DNA of 64,000 nucleotides from an uncultured Chlamydiae bacterium (GTDB lineage Bacteria; Chlamydiota; Chlamydiia; Chlamydiales; JAJFMB01): NCBI GenBank assembly GCA_963697995.1, contig OY969110.1, positions 359,404 to 423,403 of the forward strand, read 5' to 3'. Shown piece by piece: positions 36,126 to 44,865 of this stretch (position 1 is its first letter; each line of letters starts with the position of its first letter). The notes under the pieces were generated by a model. It saw only the letters and a program-made list of their open reading frames with translations, ran no database searches and was not told where the DNA came from. The position numbers and the translations under genes were made by a program.

Positions 36126-37100
36126 ATGAGATCTATGTATAAGTTATTTTTCCTTTTCCCCTTAATAATGTCTTCTCTATTTGCAGAAGAGAGCAACTGT
36201 AAAGAGCCAAAAGTTGAGCAAGTTTCTGAGAGAAAAGAGGCTACTGACACAAAAAAGGAGGAGGAGAAGAAGTGCGACGAAAAAAAGGAGGAGGCTGCCG
36301 ATGAAAAACCGATTAAAAAAGGAAACCTTTTGCTAAGAGGATCGCAGCAGCCGACGCCACTGATTGCCTTTGGAGAGCGTGTGATCGACAGTGGGGAAGT
36401 GCAAGCCTTATTTTATGGCGATTATTTCAAGACGACGAAAGGTTATTATATTGACACAGTGCCGGGTTTAGTTTACGGGATTAATGATTCACTTTCGGTA
36501 TTTATTAATTTTCCGTTTATACCAACGTATAAGGATTTATGTGATCGCTCATCGGGCCCTGGAGATATTTTTGTTCAGTTTGAGTACGCTTTTTACAACA
36601 AGACAACAAGGTGCTCCTCGAGACAAGCCACGGTCGTCACAAATATTTCATTTCCTACGGGATCATCCCATAGTAAACCTGCAACAGGTATAGGATCGCC
36701 GAGCTTTTTTCTTGGGACGACGTACAATTACACGGGGACTTACTGGTTGAGCTTCGCATCTGGGGGAGTGATTTTCCCAACCTTTCGGGATAACAACAAG
36801 CATTCCGATATTTATTTATACCAATGGGGTATAGGTCATAACATACCTGCGCCAAAAGGTTGCATCTTAGCTTGGATATTAGAGTTTGACGGACTTTATT
36901 CTTATAGAAATATAGTGAATTGTTGTGTTGATCCAAATTCTGGGGGTAATATTCTTTATGTGACTCCCTCTCTTTGGTTTTCCAACAATAAATTTTTTCT
37001 ACAGATTGGTGCAGGTGGCGTCGTAACGCAACAACCTAACGGAAAGCAATCTAAGTATACGTATCAGATTGTATGGAATGCGGGTTGGACTTTTAATTAG
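36126..37100 (+). CDS. Putative outer-membrane protein (MetA-pathway/transporter-like beta-barrel) with acidic/lysine-rich linker
   Basis: A signal peptide (likely start MYKLFFLFPLIMSSLFA at 36135) is followed by a K/E-rich region and then beta-strand-rich sequence ending YQIVWNAGWTFN. Confidence 0.5.
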   Translation: MRSMYKLFFLFPLIMSSLFAEESNCKEPKVEQVSERKEATDTKKEEEKKCDEKKEEAADEKPIKKGNLLLRGSQQPTPLIAFGERVIDSGEVQALFYGDYFKTTKGYYIDTVPGLVYGINDSLSVFINFPFIPTYKDLCDRSSGPGDIFVQFEYAFYNKTTRCSSRQATVVTNISFPTGSSHSKPATGIGSPSFFLGTTYNYTGTYWLSFASGGVIFPTFRDNNKHSDIYLYQWGIGHNIPAPKGCILAWILEFDGLYSYRNIVNCCVDPNSGGNILYVTPSLWFSNNKFFLQIGAGGVVTQQPNGKQSKYTYQIVWNAGWTFN

Positions 37101-37149
37101 AGGTGATTACCTTTAAAAAAAGTGTATAGAGTGACTGTTTAAGGTTATC

Positions 37150-37424
37150 TAGTCGGCCCTGAAAAAGTAAGGGTTCCTTGAGAAAAATTTGCAGTTAAAG
37201 AGGAAGAGAGACATAGCCTATTTTGCACGGTTTAATTATATGCCAATGAGAAAAGCTTAAAAATTTCGCGAATGGAACACGCACTCTCCAAAGAAAAAGT
37301 GATCCTTTTGCAACAAAAAAAGCGGTGAACGACGCCCCCCTTCACAAGGTTTGGTGAGGAGTAAAACGCCTTTTTTGTCAAAAGGGGCACTTTTTATTGG
37401 AGAGGACTTTTTCAGGGCCGACTA
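37150..37424 (+). mobile_element. MITE copy C (275 bp, full length)
   Basis: It has perfect 19-bp terminal inverted repeats TAGTCGGCCCTGAAAAAGT (37150-37168) / ACTTTTTCAGGGCCGACTA (37406-37424). There is no ORF. It carries a C6 tract and is homologous to 16052-16331 (inverted) and 8178-8325 (deleted form). Confidence 0.85.
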
Positions 37425-37850
37425 CATATCACGAATATCGTATAAATCATGTTTTTTGTTTGGGCAAAATTTTCAATTTTCTTGGCGTCTTTGGATTTTT
37501 TCCCAAGGAGAATCTACAAGGGCTCCAAGCCTCTTCATCAAAAAAGCTTAAAAGATCTTTCCTGGCTTTTGACTATCAGTATGACAAAATGAGATTGGTA
37601 AGTGTACTTTTCTTAAAATCTTCCGAATTGCTTGTAAAGCGATTTGCTTTCCCGTGAGTGTATCTTCTAAAAGTATTTTTTTTCGCGAAGCACAAACATG
37701 ATAAATTGGATACGCATGATATACTTGATAAAGTTTCGTTGCTTTTTTGGGCTCTACCCAAAAAAAGGGGGTGATTGAACCAGCGGCTCCACTGCTCCGT
37801 GCCTCTTGCGCCTCCGCGTTTAGAAACCTTCTTAACTTTTGCCATTTAGT

Positions 37851-37885
37851 AGGGAGGGGACTTTTACAAGTCCCCTCCCTTTTTA
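37851..37885. terminator. Perfect 11-bp stem hairpin directly after the nrdJ stop codon
   Basis: AGGGAGGGGAC-ttttacaa-GTCCCCTCCCT is followed by TTTT on the plus strand. On the minus strand (the nrdJ sense) the hairpin is preceded by A4 and lacks a U-tract, so its function as an nrdJ terminator is plausible but not canonical. Confidence 0.5.
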
Positions 37886-37886
37886 G

Positions 37887-39918
37887 TTATCTTACTGGGC
37901 AAGCGCCGTTTAAACAAGACTCTTGAAGCTCGTCGTCTCTTGCCTCAAGACCTGTATAATCGATCTCTTTTAGCTTTGCAGTGTACTCGTTATACTCCTC
38001 TTCCGTAACAACCTCTTGCGGCAAGTAGGCGTATCCCAAGTCTTCTGCCTTCTTCGTCGGATCGTTTCTGAAAAGAAACGACACCCCAACGTAGGTATCC
38101 CAGTTATTGGAGAGCCAGTCGATAATCTCAGGCACTTCGGAAGGATCGTAGGAGATCGTATTCGAAACGTTTTGCTCACACCAGGTCTCTTGTAAAATGC
38201 GGTACCACTCGAGTTGCTGAACCGCTGAATCTTGGTTCACATCGACCTCTTCTACCTTCCCATTCTTTCTTGTTACAGTCTTTCTCGTGAAAGGAATGTT
38301 GTCGTATTTCACCGCAAATTTTACCAAAACAGACTCTGGCTCATAAGGCTTTTCTACAACGCTGTAACCTGCTTTTTCAAACCTTGCGACCAATGGATCG
38401 TGCTTTGAAAAAGTCACGTTATTAAAGATATACTTTCCTAAAGGCAAGTGGATTCCCTCAGGCACTTCACCCCACTCGTATGTCCCCATAATTTTGCTGA
38501 CTGTCCCGCTTGGCTTAACTGTCGTGACGTTTTTGGGAAGAGGTGAATTCAGCTCGTTTGCCATGCTGTAGGCAGCACTTACCGTAATGTTTCTCATTCT
38601 CTTAAAGTCATAAGCTGTCAAATCGGGACGAGCACGTATCCCTGTTAAACCAACGCCGCAAAGATGGAGGAATTGGTTATTTAAATGCCAAGCCTCTTGT
38701 AGAATCTCATCGCGAAGATCAACCATCGTCTGTCTGTAATTCATCCGCCCGGCTAAGTAAAGAGCCCTCTCAAGACCCACTTTATCCCCTTTAAACGCAA
38801 GGACATTCACTTCAGTTAAGTTACAGAAGCACTTGTTACCAAGCAAAATCTCACCACAGGGGTTACACCCTTTAAACCAAGGAGCGCGTCTCTCAGCTTC
38901 AGCTGCGTTATAAAGGCCAGGCTCTGATCCACCCGACTCTAAAATCATCTTAAAGATATGCTCAAGCTCTTTCTTTGAAGGCTTGGTGTAAAAAAGAAGG
39001 CTGTTGTTTGATTGTTGACGATGCGCTTTATCTTTTAACCACCACTCTTTTTTCGCTAAAGCAAACTCCTCCCACTCAGGCTGACCATACTCGAAAAGAG
39101 CAATCTGAGCTGAGCGTCTCGAGGAAAGAATCGTTCCCAAAAGGTTGACGATATCTAAAATATCCATGCGAGAAAGAAGTTGATCTGCCCTGTCTGATAA
39201 GATCTGAGCAATCTTTTTAAACGCTTTGGCAATTTGCTCATCGCCAGAAGAGATCCATCCATACCCTTTAAGTCTTGTTCCCGCAGGACGAATCTCTGAA
39301 AAATCAAGCACGAGGCGCTTGGCTGGAAACTTTCCTGCAATCAGCTTTCCAATCGATTTTGCCCAAGCAATCGCTGAATCTCCCACTTTAATCGTCCATG
39401 TTCTTGTCACAGGATCGTAAGTCTCGACGTTGTTTTGTACGCCCCCTTTCTCTGTTCTTGAAGATCTGAATGACAGAAATCTCCTGAAGTGGGCAACGAA
39501 ACCCGTTCAACGTTCCTGGAACCGGTTTAAACCCAACGCCGCACCCCTGCAAAAGCAACCACAACACGTCGACCATATCATACACGGTCTCAACATGAGT
39601 AAAGGAGCAGTTAAACATGCTCGACTCTCTCTTGCGACTAAGCTCCGTGCCTCCAAGCCAAAGAGTTCTGCCAGCAGGACACATGTAGCGATTGTAGATG
39701 AGCTCGCGACACTCCTCAAGCTCACTCTCCTCATACTCGTTTAAAGCCCTACTCAACGCTCTTTCCCAAAGCCATCTTTGATGGGAAATCACCCGGTCAA
39801 CAACCTGTGCCCAGCTTTCTAAAGTCGTTTCGCCGTCTCTAATCGGCCTGTGGTAGGTACGAAGCGCTGTGGCCATAGCGCGAGGTGTAGGCTTGTTCGT
39901 CATTTTGTCTCCAATCAA
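37887..39918 (-). pseudogene. nrdJ: Class II (adenosylcobalamin-dependent) ribonucleotide reductase NrdJ, split by one frameshift (or a sequencing error)
   Basis: ORFs 39388..39918 (TYHRP...ESWAQVVDRV..H..WLWERA...CPAGRTLWLGG...MFNCSF....DMVDVLWLLLQGCGVGF) and 37887..39410 (WTIKVGDSAIAWAK...FSEIRPAGTRLKGYG...GGSEPG..N...CNPCGEI.L....CNL..V) are contiguous NrdJ sequence. Reading ..RERGG|VQNNVETYDPVTRTWTIKVGDS restores the frame at the C5 run (39442-39446). Confidence 0.8.
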
Positions 39919-40041
39919 TTTTTTTTATTAAAATCACAATATCTTGTGCTAAATTATGCAGAAAACCACAACATATTGTGTCTGCATGAAACCATTTGTA
40001 TCTCATTTTCCAGACTAAAAGTCAAGAAACACCCCTCCTTT

Positions 40042-40992
40042 TTAAACCATCAGTTCTTTAAGTCGAGAAAGATCAGGATCTTGCTGACTGATTGGTTTAT
40101 TTAGGGGAACGGTTTTTCTGCCCTCCAAAAGGGCTTTAAGGCTCTTTTCTTTCTCTTTGAGTCCCACAGTTGTGACAAAGTGAAGAGCCACGGCTATGAG
40201 ATCGTGAAAATCCTCTTCAGACTGGATAAGGGGGTAAGTTTGGTTCAATAGCGTTAAAAAGAGGTGCTTGTCCCCTCCTTCAGCTAGAAAGGAGAGCAGC
40301 TCGAAGTTAAACTCTAAATCGGGTTCAGACTTAACGATAAGCTGTCTTATAAAAAGATTAGCAGCGACAGGATCTTTAGATTCAAGGGTGCGTATTTTAA
40401 GGAAAGTGAACCATTTTTTGTCTATAAAGCACTCGCTGAAGGAATCGAGAAGCTCAACGGCAAAAGAGCTGTTGTCGTTATCGATCTGTTCGCCGATAAA
40501 ATCGTATAAAAAGCCTTCTAGATCGTTTGCCAAACCTGAGGCGATATGCTTAAAGACGCCTTGTGGATCAACTCCTTCATCGATATTTTCTTCAATAATG
40601 ACCTGAAGCTTGCCTAAAATATCCTCAAGGGGCTCGACATCTTCGACTAAACCTCGATCGTAGAGATAAATCTGGTGATCGAGCTCATCGCAAAAAAGGG
40701 AGAAGCACTGTGTTTCGGGGCTAAGCTTTCTCCAAAGCTCAAAGAAAAGCAGATAGGTTTCGTCATCCAAATCTAAAGCATGAGCTAACTCTTCGGGGGT
40801 TTCATACTCCTCAACGATCTCTAAAAAGGTATTTTTATTAAGGGGGTGCCCTTTTTTTTCAAGCCTTTTAAAGAGGGCATCTAAAGTTAAAGCGCGATAA
40901 TCCTCTCTTTCCCAGAGTTTAGTCTCGGTATTTTTATCGTCGAGCCACGACATTCTCTTTAGGTTGTAAAGGGCTTTTTTCTGAATTTGCAT
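40042..40992 (-). CDS. Hypothetical protein (acidic, helical)
   Basis: 316-aa ORF. I recognise no family. Confidence 0.5.
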   Translation of the reverse strand: MQIQKKALYNLKRMSWLDDKNTETKLWEREDYRALTLDALFKRLEKKGHPLNKNTFLEIVEEYETPEELAHALDLDDETYLLFFELWRKLSPETQCFSLFCDELDHQIYLYDRGLVEDVEPLEDILGKLQVIIEENIDEGVDPQGVFKHIASGLANDLEGFLYDFIGEQIDNDNSSFAVELLDSFSECFIDKKWFTFLKIRTLESKDPVAANLFIRQLIVKSEPDLEFNFELLSFLAEGGDKHLFLTLLNQTYPLIQSEEDFHDLIAVALHFVTTVGLKEKEKSLKALLEGRKTVPLNKPISQQDPDLSRLKELMV

Positions 40993-41077
40993 GGGTAGAG
41001 TGTACCAGATTGTTCAGTTAAAGTGCACTATAAAAAATTATTACACTTTTCGCAAGCCTTTTTATATCAAACTGGCC

Positions 41078-41240
41078 CCTGCCCTCTCCCCCTTTCCCCA
41101 AACTTGCCCTTGCCCGTGCCCTCTTTTTTCTTCATCCCTTTCCCTTATTATTTATTGTTTTCACTATTTAGTGCAGAACCTATTCAAAAATCGGAAAAGA
41201 GAGAATTTATTAGGGCAAGGGCACGGGCAGGGGCAAGGGG
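41078..41240. repeat. GC-rich imperfect palindromic element with G-quadruplex-type tracts on both strands
   Basis: The left arm is C-tract rich (CCCCTGCCCTCTCCCCCTTTCCCC...CTTGCCCTTGCCCGTGCCC, 41103-41121). The right arm is GGGCAAGGGCACGGGCAGGGGCAAGGGG (41213-41240). The 19-nt cores are reverse complements with 18/19 matches and are separated by a ~97-nt AT-rich spacer. Confidence 0.7.
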
Positions 41241-42206
41241 TTATTGAAAAAGAAGAATCAAGGCATTAATCAAAAAGGGAAGAAACGCAATTGAAGAAAA
41301 AGGAGAGCGGTAAAAGTAAGGCAAAAAGGCAATGATCCCCGTAAAAACGAGGCTTAAAGGAGTCAAACGAAAAGAGATCTGCTCTTTTTTCTGAATAAGC
41401 CGCGGGAGCACTCCCGGTTTTACGACAACTGCCATCGGCTCCGTTGAAACCTCAACATACTGCTTCCTCAAAGGGTCAAAAGAGCTAAAATTAATCTTGG
41501 GTATCGCTTTAATCTCATCAGAAAGAGGAGACAAACTCAAAATATACTTTTTCTCCCCTTCCTTTTTCTCGACAAGTTTTGGTGGAGTCGTTAGAGAAAA
41601 AAATCCTCCCCAACCCCTTTGGCAAAAAAGAGAGGGAAAAGATACGGTATCCATATCCCCTTCTCCCTTAATCGTTACACCCAATTCAAACGGCTCCCCA
41701 ACCCTTAACGATTTGCCTTTTAAGCCATTAAGAGCAATCCCGTAAGAGCCTAATGCCCCCTCAAATGAAGAGGGCTTATCTTTCTCGGGAAACGGAAGAA
41801 CCTCGACAGTCAAAGGCTTCACTTCAACCCGCATTTTGTCAGAGATCGGAACCTTCTTACCGTCAGGTGTTGTTTTGTACTGAACTCCCTCTAAAAAGGA
41901 GGTTGGAAACTGATAGGAACCTGGCTTCTTGGCCCGATAATACTGATAAAACCGCTGCTTACTTAAATCGGCGACGTCCTCTGTTTCTGCAACGCTCTCC
42001 CCAATATTTTCAAGCCCCTTTCCCTGTAGAAGAGGAAGCTCCTCTTTAGTCAAAGCGACAAACCCTTTGTAAGAGATCTCATACCCCAACATAAATTTTT
42101 GCCCCGGATAATAGGGCGAAGAAGGCTTGACAATCGGATCTAACGTTAAAGTGGCCTGAGGGGCAGCAAAAAGAAATAGAGGAAAAAACCACAATAAAAT
42201 CACCAT
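41241..42206 (-). CDS. BatD-like protein (signal peptide plus C-terminal TM)
   Basis: VEVKPLTVEVLPFPEKDKPSSFEGALGSYGIALNGLKGKSLRVGEPFELGVTIKGEGDMDTVSFPSL matches the remembered BatD core (v.V.PLP...P..F.GAVG.f.l......v..G.p..l...i.G.GN). The C-terminus is hydrophobic. Confidence 0.5.
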   Translation of the reverse strand: MVILLWFFPLFLFAAPQATLTLDPIVKPSSPYYPGQKFMLGYEISYKGFVALTKEELPLLQGKGLENIGESVAETEDVADLSKQRFYQYYRAKKPGSYQFPTSFLEGVQYKTTPDGKKVPISDKMRVEVKPLTVEVLPFPEKDKPSSFEGALGSYGIALNGLKGKSLRVGEPFELGVTIKGEGDMDTVSFPSLFCQRGWGGFFSLTTPPKLVEKKEGEKKYILSLSPLSDEIKAIPKINFSSFDPLRKQYVEVSTEPMAVVVKPGVLPRLIQKKEQISFRLTPLSLVFTGIIAFLPYFYRSPFSSIAFLPFLINALILLFQ

Positions 42207-42931
42207 GGCTTCATTCCTTCGGCACCTTCTGAGGGAAGTGGTTTTTTCTCTTGTGTATCGAGAAGAACCATCTCTCTTAATTCCTCAACAGTTTTATTAG
42301 CACGACTCTCCTTTTGCTCTAAAGGAGGGTTAAGAAAAAAGTGTTCCGTTTCCTCCCAAAGCTTTAAAGCAGTCATCCGATACGCTTCAGGATCCTTAGC
42401 TATCCCCTCCTCTTTTATAAGAGCTAGCCCCTCGTGAAAAGGCTTAAGAGCCTCGCTTAAATGAACCTGACATTGAACAGGTTCATTAACTATAACATTT
42501 AGAAATTCCTTTCCAACAGCCACAACTTTCTCTTGAGACTCACCCCCTTTTAAAGCCTCAATCCCCTTTTGAATCGCTTCGAGAGGGGTTACAGGAATTT
42601 TATCCAAATCGATTAGGGACAATTTAAAGAGGTCCTCACTTTTTTGGTACTCTCCCTTACTAAAGGCTAAATTGGCCTCCTCGAATTTTTTTTGAGACTG
42701 CTCAAACGGGGAAGTTTTTGCAAAAAATGACTCTTGAGACGCTTCAAAAAGGGAGGCGTAATCGTTTTTTTGCTCCTCACTTAGAAACGATGATTGCATA
42801 AAAAGAGCCTCTTTTAATCCAATAGTTGCGCCCTCCTTCAACCTCTCCCTTTCCTGGTAAAGGTTTGAAGAGGCACCCATTAAATAAGTGCTCAATAAAA
42901 ATAACAAAAGGAGATCTATTATACGATTCAA
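42200..42931 (-). CDS. Hypothetical secreted helical protein
   Basis: It has a signal-like N-terminus MNRIIDLLLLFLLSTYLMGA and a 7-nt overlap with the downstream BatD-like gene. Confidence 0.5.
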   Translation of the reverse strand: MNRIIDLLLLFLLSTYLMGASSNLYQERERLKEGATIGLKEALFMQSSFLSEEQKNDYASLFEASQESFFAKTSPFEQSQKKFEEANLAFSKGEYQKSEDLFKLSLIDLDKIPVTPLEAIQKGIEALKGGESQEKVVAVGKEFLNVIVNEPVQCQVHLSEALKPFHEGLALIKEEGIAKDPEAYRMTALKLWEETEHFFLNPPLEQKESRANKTVEELREMVLLDTQEKKPLPSEGAEGMKPW

Positions 42932-43003
42932 AACAAAAAAACCTAAAAAAAAACCGCTTTGCCCCTAATTTAAGGACAAAGCGGAATTTTTACAAGTCAA
43001 GAT

Positions 43004-43744
43004 TTATAGAAGTTCTAAAAGCTTTTTAGCTCTTGCCAGTTCGTGGGAGTACATCTTTTCGTTAGCAATCTGTTCGATCAAAATTTCAACAGCTTCTTTC
43101 GCTTTATCATACTGCCCCGAAAGAACCAGGGTATTGATCACAAGAAGAGCGACGTTCGCTGCATGCTCATCATCTGCCACCTGTAGAGCATTGACAAACG
43201 AAGTCATAGCAGAATCGTAATCTTTCTCTTCTAAAAAGACGAGCCCAAGCCCCTGAGAGAACTGGAAAATTAAAGGATTGATGTGAGCAAGAGCTAAAAA
43301 GCATTTTTTAGCCTCGTCAATCCTATGATGGTTTAACGTATCCATCGCAATCTCCAATCCCTTATCATAAAAGTGCTCGTCAAGACCAAGAGCTTCCCCG
43401 ATAATGGGGAAATGATCTGGAATCTCACCCGAAGCAAAAATAGATTGCCCCTTTTCCATACCATTTTCAATTTTGTCGTAATCGCTTAAGAGCTTTCCAT
43501 AATGCTCTTTCTCCTTCTTAGTCCAATGATGAGAGGCTAAAAGATAGCTAATCCCTTCCCTTATGACTTCCAAACTCTCGATAAACAGCTTTTCAATCTG
43601 CAATCTTTGTTTGTGCCGAAATGTCGTCAACGGCTCAATCCCCGGCTTATAATCGGCACACCGCTCATCGACTAAAGCTTCGAGAAAGGCGTTTAAGCGG
43701 AAGGCCTCTTTCGTTTCTAACAATTTATGGTTACTCATAATCAA
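43004..43744 (-). CDS. TPR protein, possible class II (SycD/LcrH-like) type III secretion chaperone
   Basis: The C-terminal half holds TPR units (DEAKKCFLALAHINPLIFQFSQGLGLVFLEEKDYDSAMTSFVNALQV, ANVALLVINTLVLSGQYDKAKEAVEIL). It lies 10 nt downstream of an Inc/translocator-like gene. The function is inferred only. Confidence 0.35.
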   Translation of the reverse strand: MIMSNHKLLETKEAFRLNAFLEALVDERCADYKPGIEPLTTFRHKQRLQIEKLFIESLEVIREGISYLLASHHWTKKEKEHYGKLLSDYDKIENGMEKGQSIFASGEIPDHFPIIGEALGLDEHFYDKGLEIAMDTLNHHRIDEAKKCFLALAHINPLIFQFSQGLGLVFLEEKDYDSAMTSFVNALQVADDEHAANVALLVINTLVLSGQYDKAKEAVEILIEQIANEKMYSHELARAKKLLELL

Positions 43745-43754
43745 CCTCTTTTAA

Positions 43755-44690
43755 TTATATTATTTTTGGTACATGTATAACTAGATCTTTAAACTTTTCC
43801 AAGGGGAGGTTTTGAAAAAAACCCTTAGCCGTTTGAATGGGATGAGACAAGGGGCCTTTATCAACGATCAAACCGTGATGACCCGGTACTTGTGAGAGGG
43901 CCATAATAGCTCCAGAGCTAATAGCTGACCCAACACCTGCGCCAAGAAGCAGGCAAGAGGTTCCTTGAAACATGATATTCATATGCCCTTTTCTTCCCTT
44001 GTTAAGCGAATCAAGATGGGCTTTGTCGTGCTCATACTGCGCTTGGTCTTTAGCAATATTGTCCACCTCTTCATTATACGCTTGGGCATTATTGAAAAAA
44101 ATTTTAGCTCCTTCTTGCATATTTTCAATTGTAAACCCTCCCTCAGCAGCATGTGCTGGAGTAACTAAGAACTTGTACTTACCATTGACAATTTCAAAAG
44201 AGGCGCCCTTTCCAGCCAAGGTTTTATTCAGTAGAGGTAATTTCTTATCTAATTCACTCTTTTTACTTATTTGATCGATTTCTCTTCCATCTAATTTCTT
44301 TTTTGCATCCTCTAGTTCTTCAGATGACACTTTAAATCTTGCCATTCCATAGCCAGTTTTCATCTGTTTTATTCCCTTATAGAGGGTATATAAACCTATG
44401 ACAAACCCAAGAGCGGCAAAAGCCCAACCAACAGGCGTCATGGCTGTCAACCCAAGAACAGCAACGCCTGCTGCAATAGTCACCACTTTAGCAATAAAAA
44501 GAGTAGAAACCGCCAAACCAAACCCTGTTTTTGCACTACCCCATCTTATTTTGCTCATCCCTTCATCTCTGTGCTGTTTAACATCTTTTGCAGCCAATTC
44601 ACTTAACTTAGAAGATGTAATCTTAGCTTTATCACTTGAAAACTCCACCCTATATTCACTTGTTTTCAACGAATCTACATTACCTGTCAT
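43755..44690 (-). CDS. Membrane protein with bilobed hydrophobic domain (Inc-like or small translocator-like)
   Basis: Residues ~55-105, GFGLAVSTLFIAKVVTIAAGVAVLGLTAMTPVGWAFAALGFVIGLYTLY, form two adjacent TM helices with a short loop. This is followed by a coiled-coil-like middle and a second hydrophobic patch, TSCLLLGAGVGSAISSGAIMAL. Confidence 0.5.
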   Translation of the reverse strand: MTGNVDSLKTSEYRVEFSSDKAKITSSKLSELAAKDVKQHRDEGMSKIRWGSAKTGFGLAVSTLFIAKVVTIAAGVAVLGLTAMTPVGWAFAALGFVIGLYTLYKGIKQMKTGYGMARFKVSSEELEDAKKKLDGREIDQISKKSELDKKLPLLNKTLAGKGASFEIVNGKYKFLVTPAHAAEGGFTIENMQEGAKIFFNNAQAYNEEVDNIAKDQAQYEHDKAHLDSLNKGRKGHMNIMFQGTSCLLLGAGVGSAISSGAIMALSQVPGHHGLIVDKGPLSHPIQTAKGFFQNLPLEKFKDLVIHVPKII

Positions 44691-44865
44691 GACAAACCCC
44701 CTTATTTAATTAAAACAATCAATTATGAAATTAACATGTAACAATATTTTAAAAATAGTTAAATTAAGTTAATTTATTGTTAATTTAAATAAATAAACTA
44801 TGAAATTAACCATTGACAGGCCGCTTGTGGTACACTAAAAAGAAATCAAAACAAGGAGAGCGTCG

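Noticed and set aside
37397-37845. ORFs 37397..37657(+), 37351..37551(+) and 37576..37845(-, MAKVKKVSKRGGARG...) between MITE copy C and nrdJ. I considered a transposase or recombinase remnant, since another minus frame reads ..YHVCASRKKILLEDTLTGKQIALQAIRKI...
   Set aside because: I could not match any frame convincingly to IS630, IS200 or integrase motifs. The plus-strand ORFs start inside the MITE. The region is left unannotated and a BLASTX would settle it.
40991-41269. ORFs 40991..41269 and 41023..41247 (containing PCPCP and GQGHGQGQG).
   Set aside because: These peptides are simply the translation of the C-tract and G-tract arms of the palindromic element. There is no coding evidence.
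44795-44840. Possible promoter for xfp (TTGACA at 44812-44817 and TGGTACACT downstream), with direct repeats TATGAAATTAAC at ~44724 and ~44799.
   Set aside because: The -35 to -10 spacing is only ~12 nt for that pairing, and alternative hexamers are weak. This is not enough to call a promoter from sequence alone.
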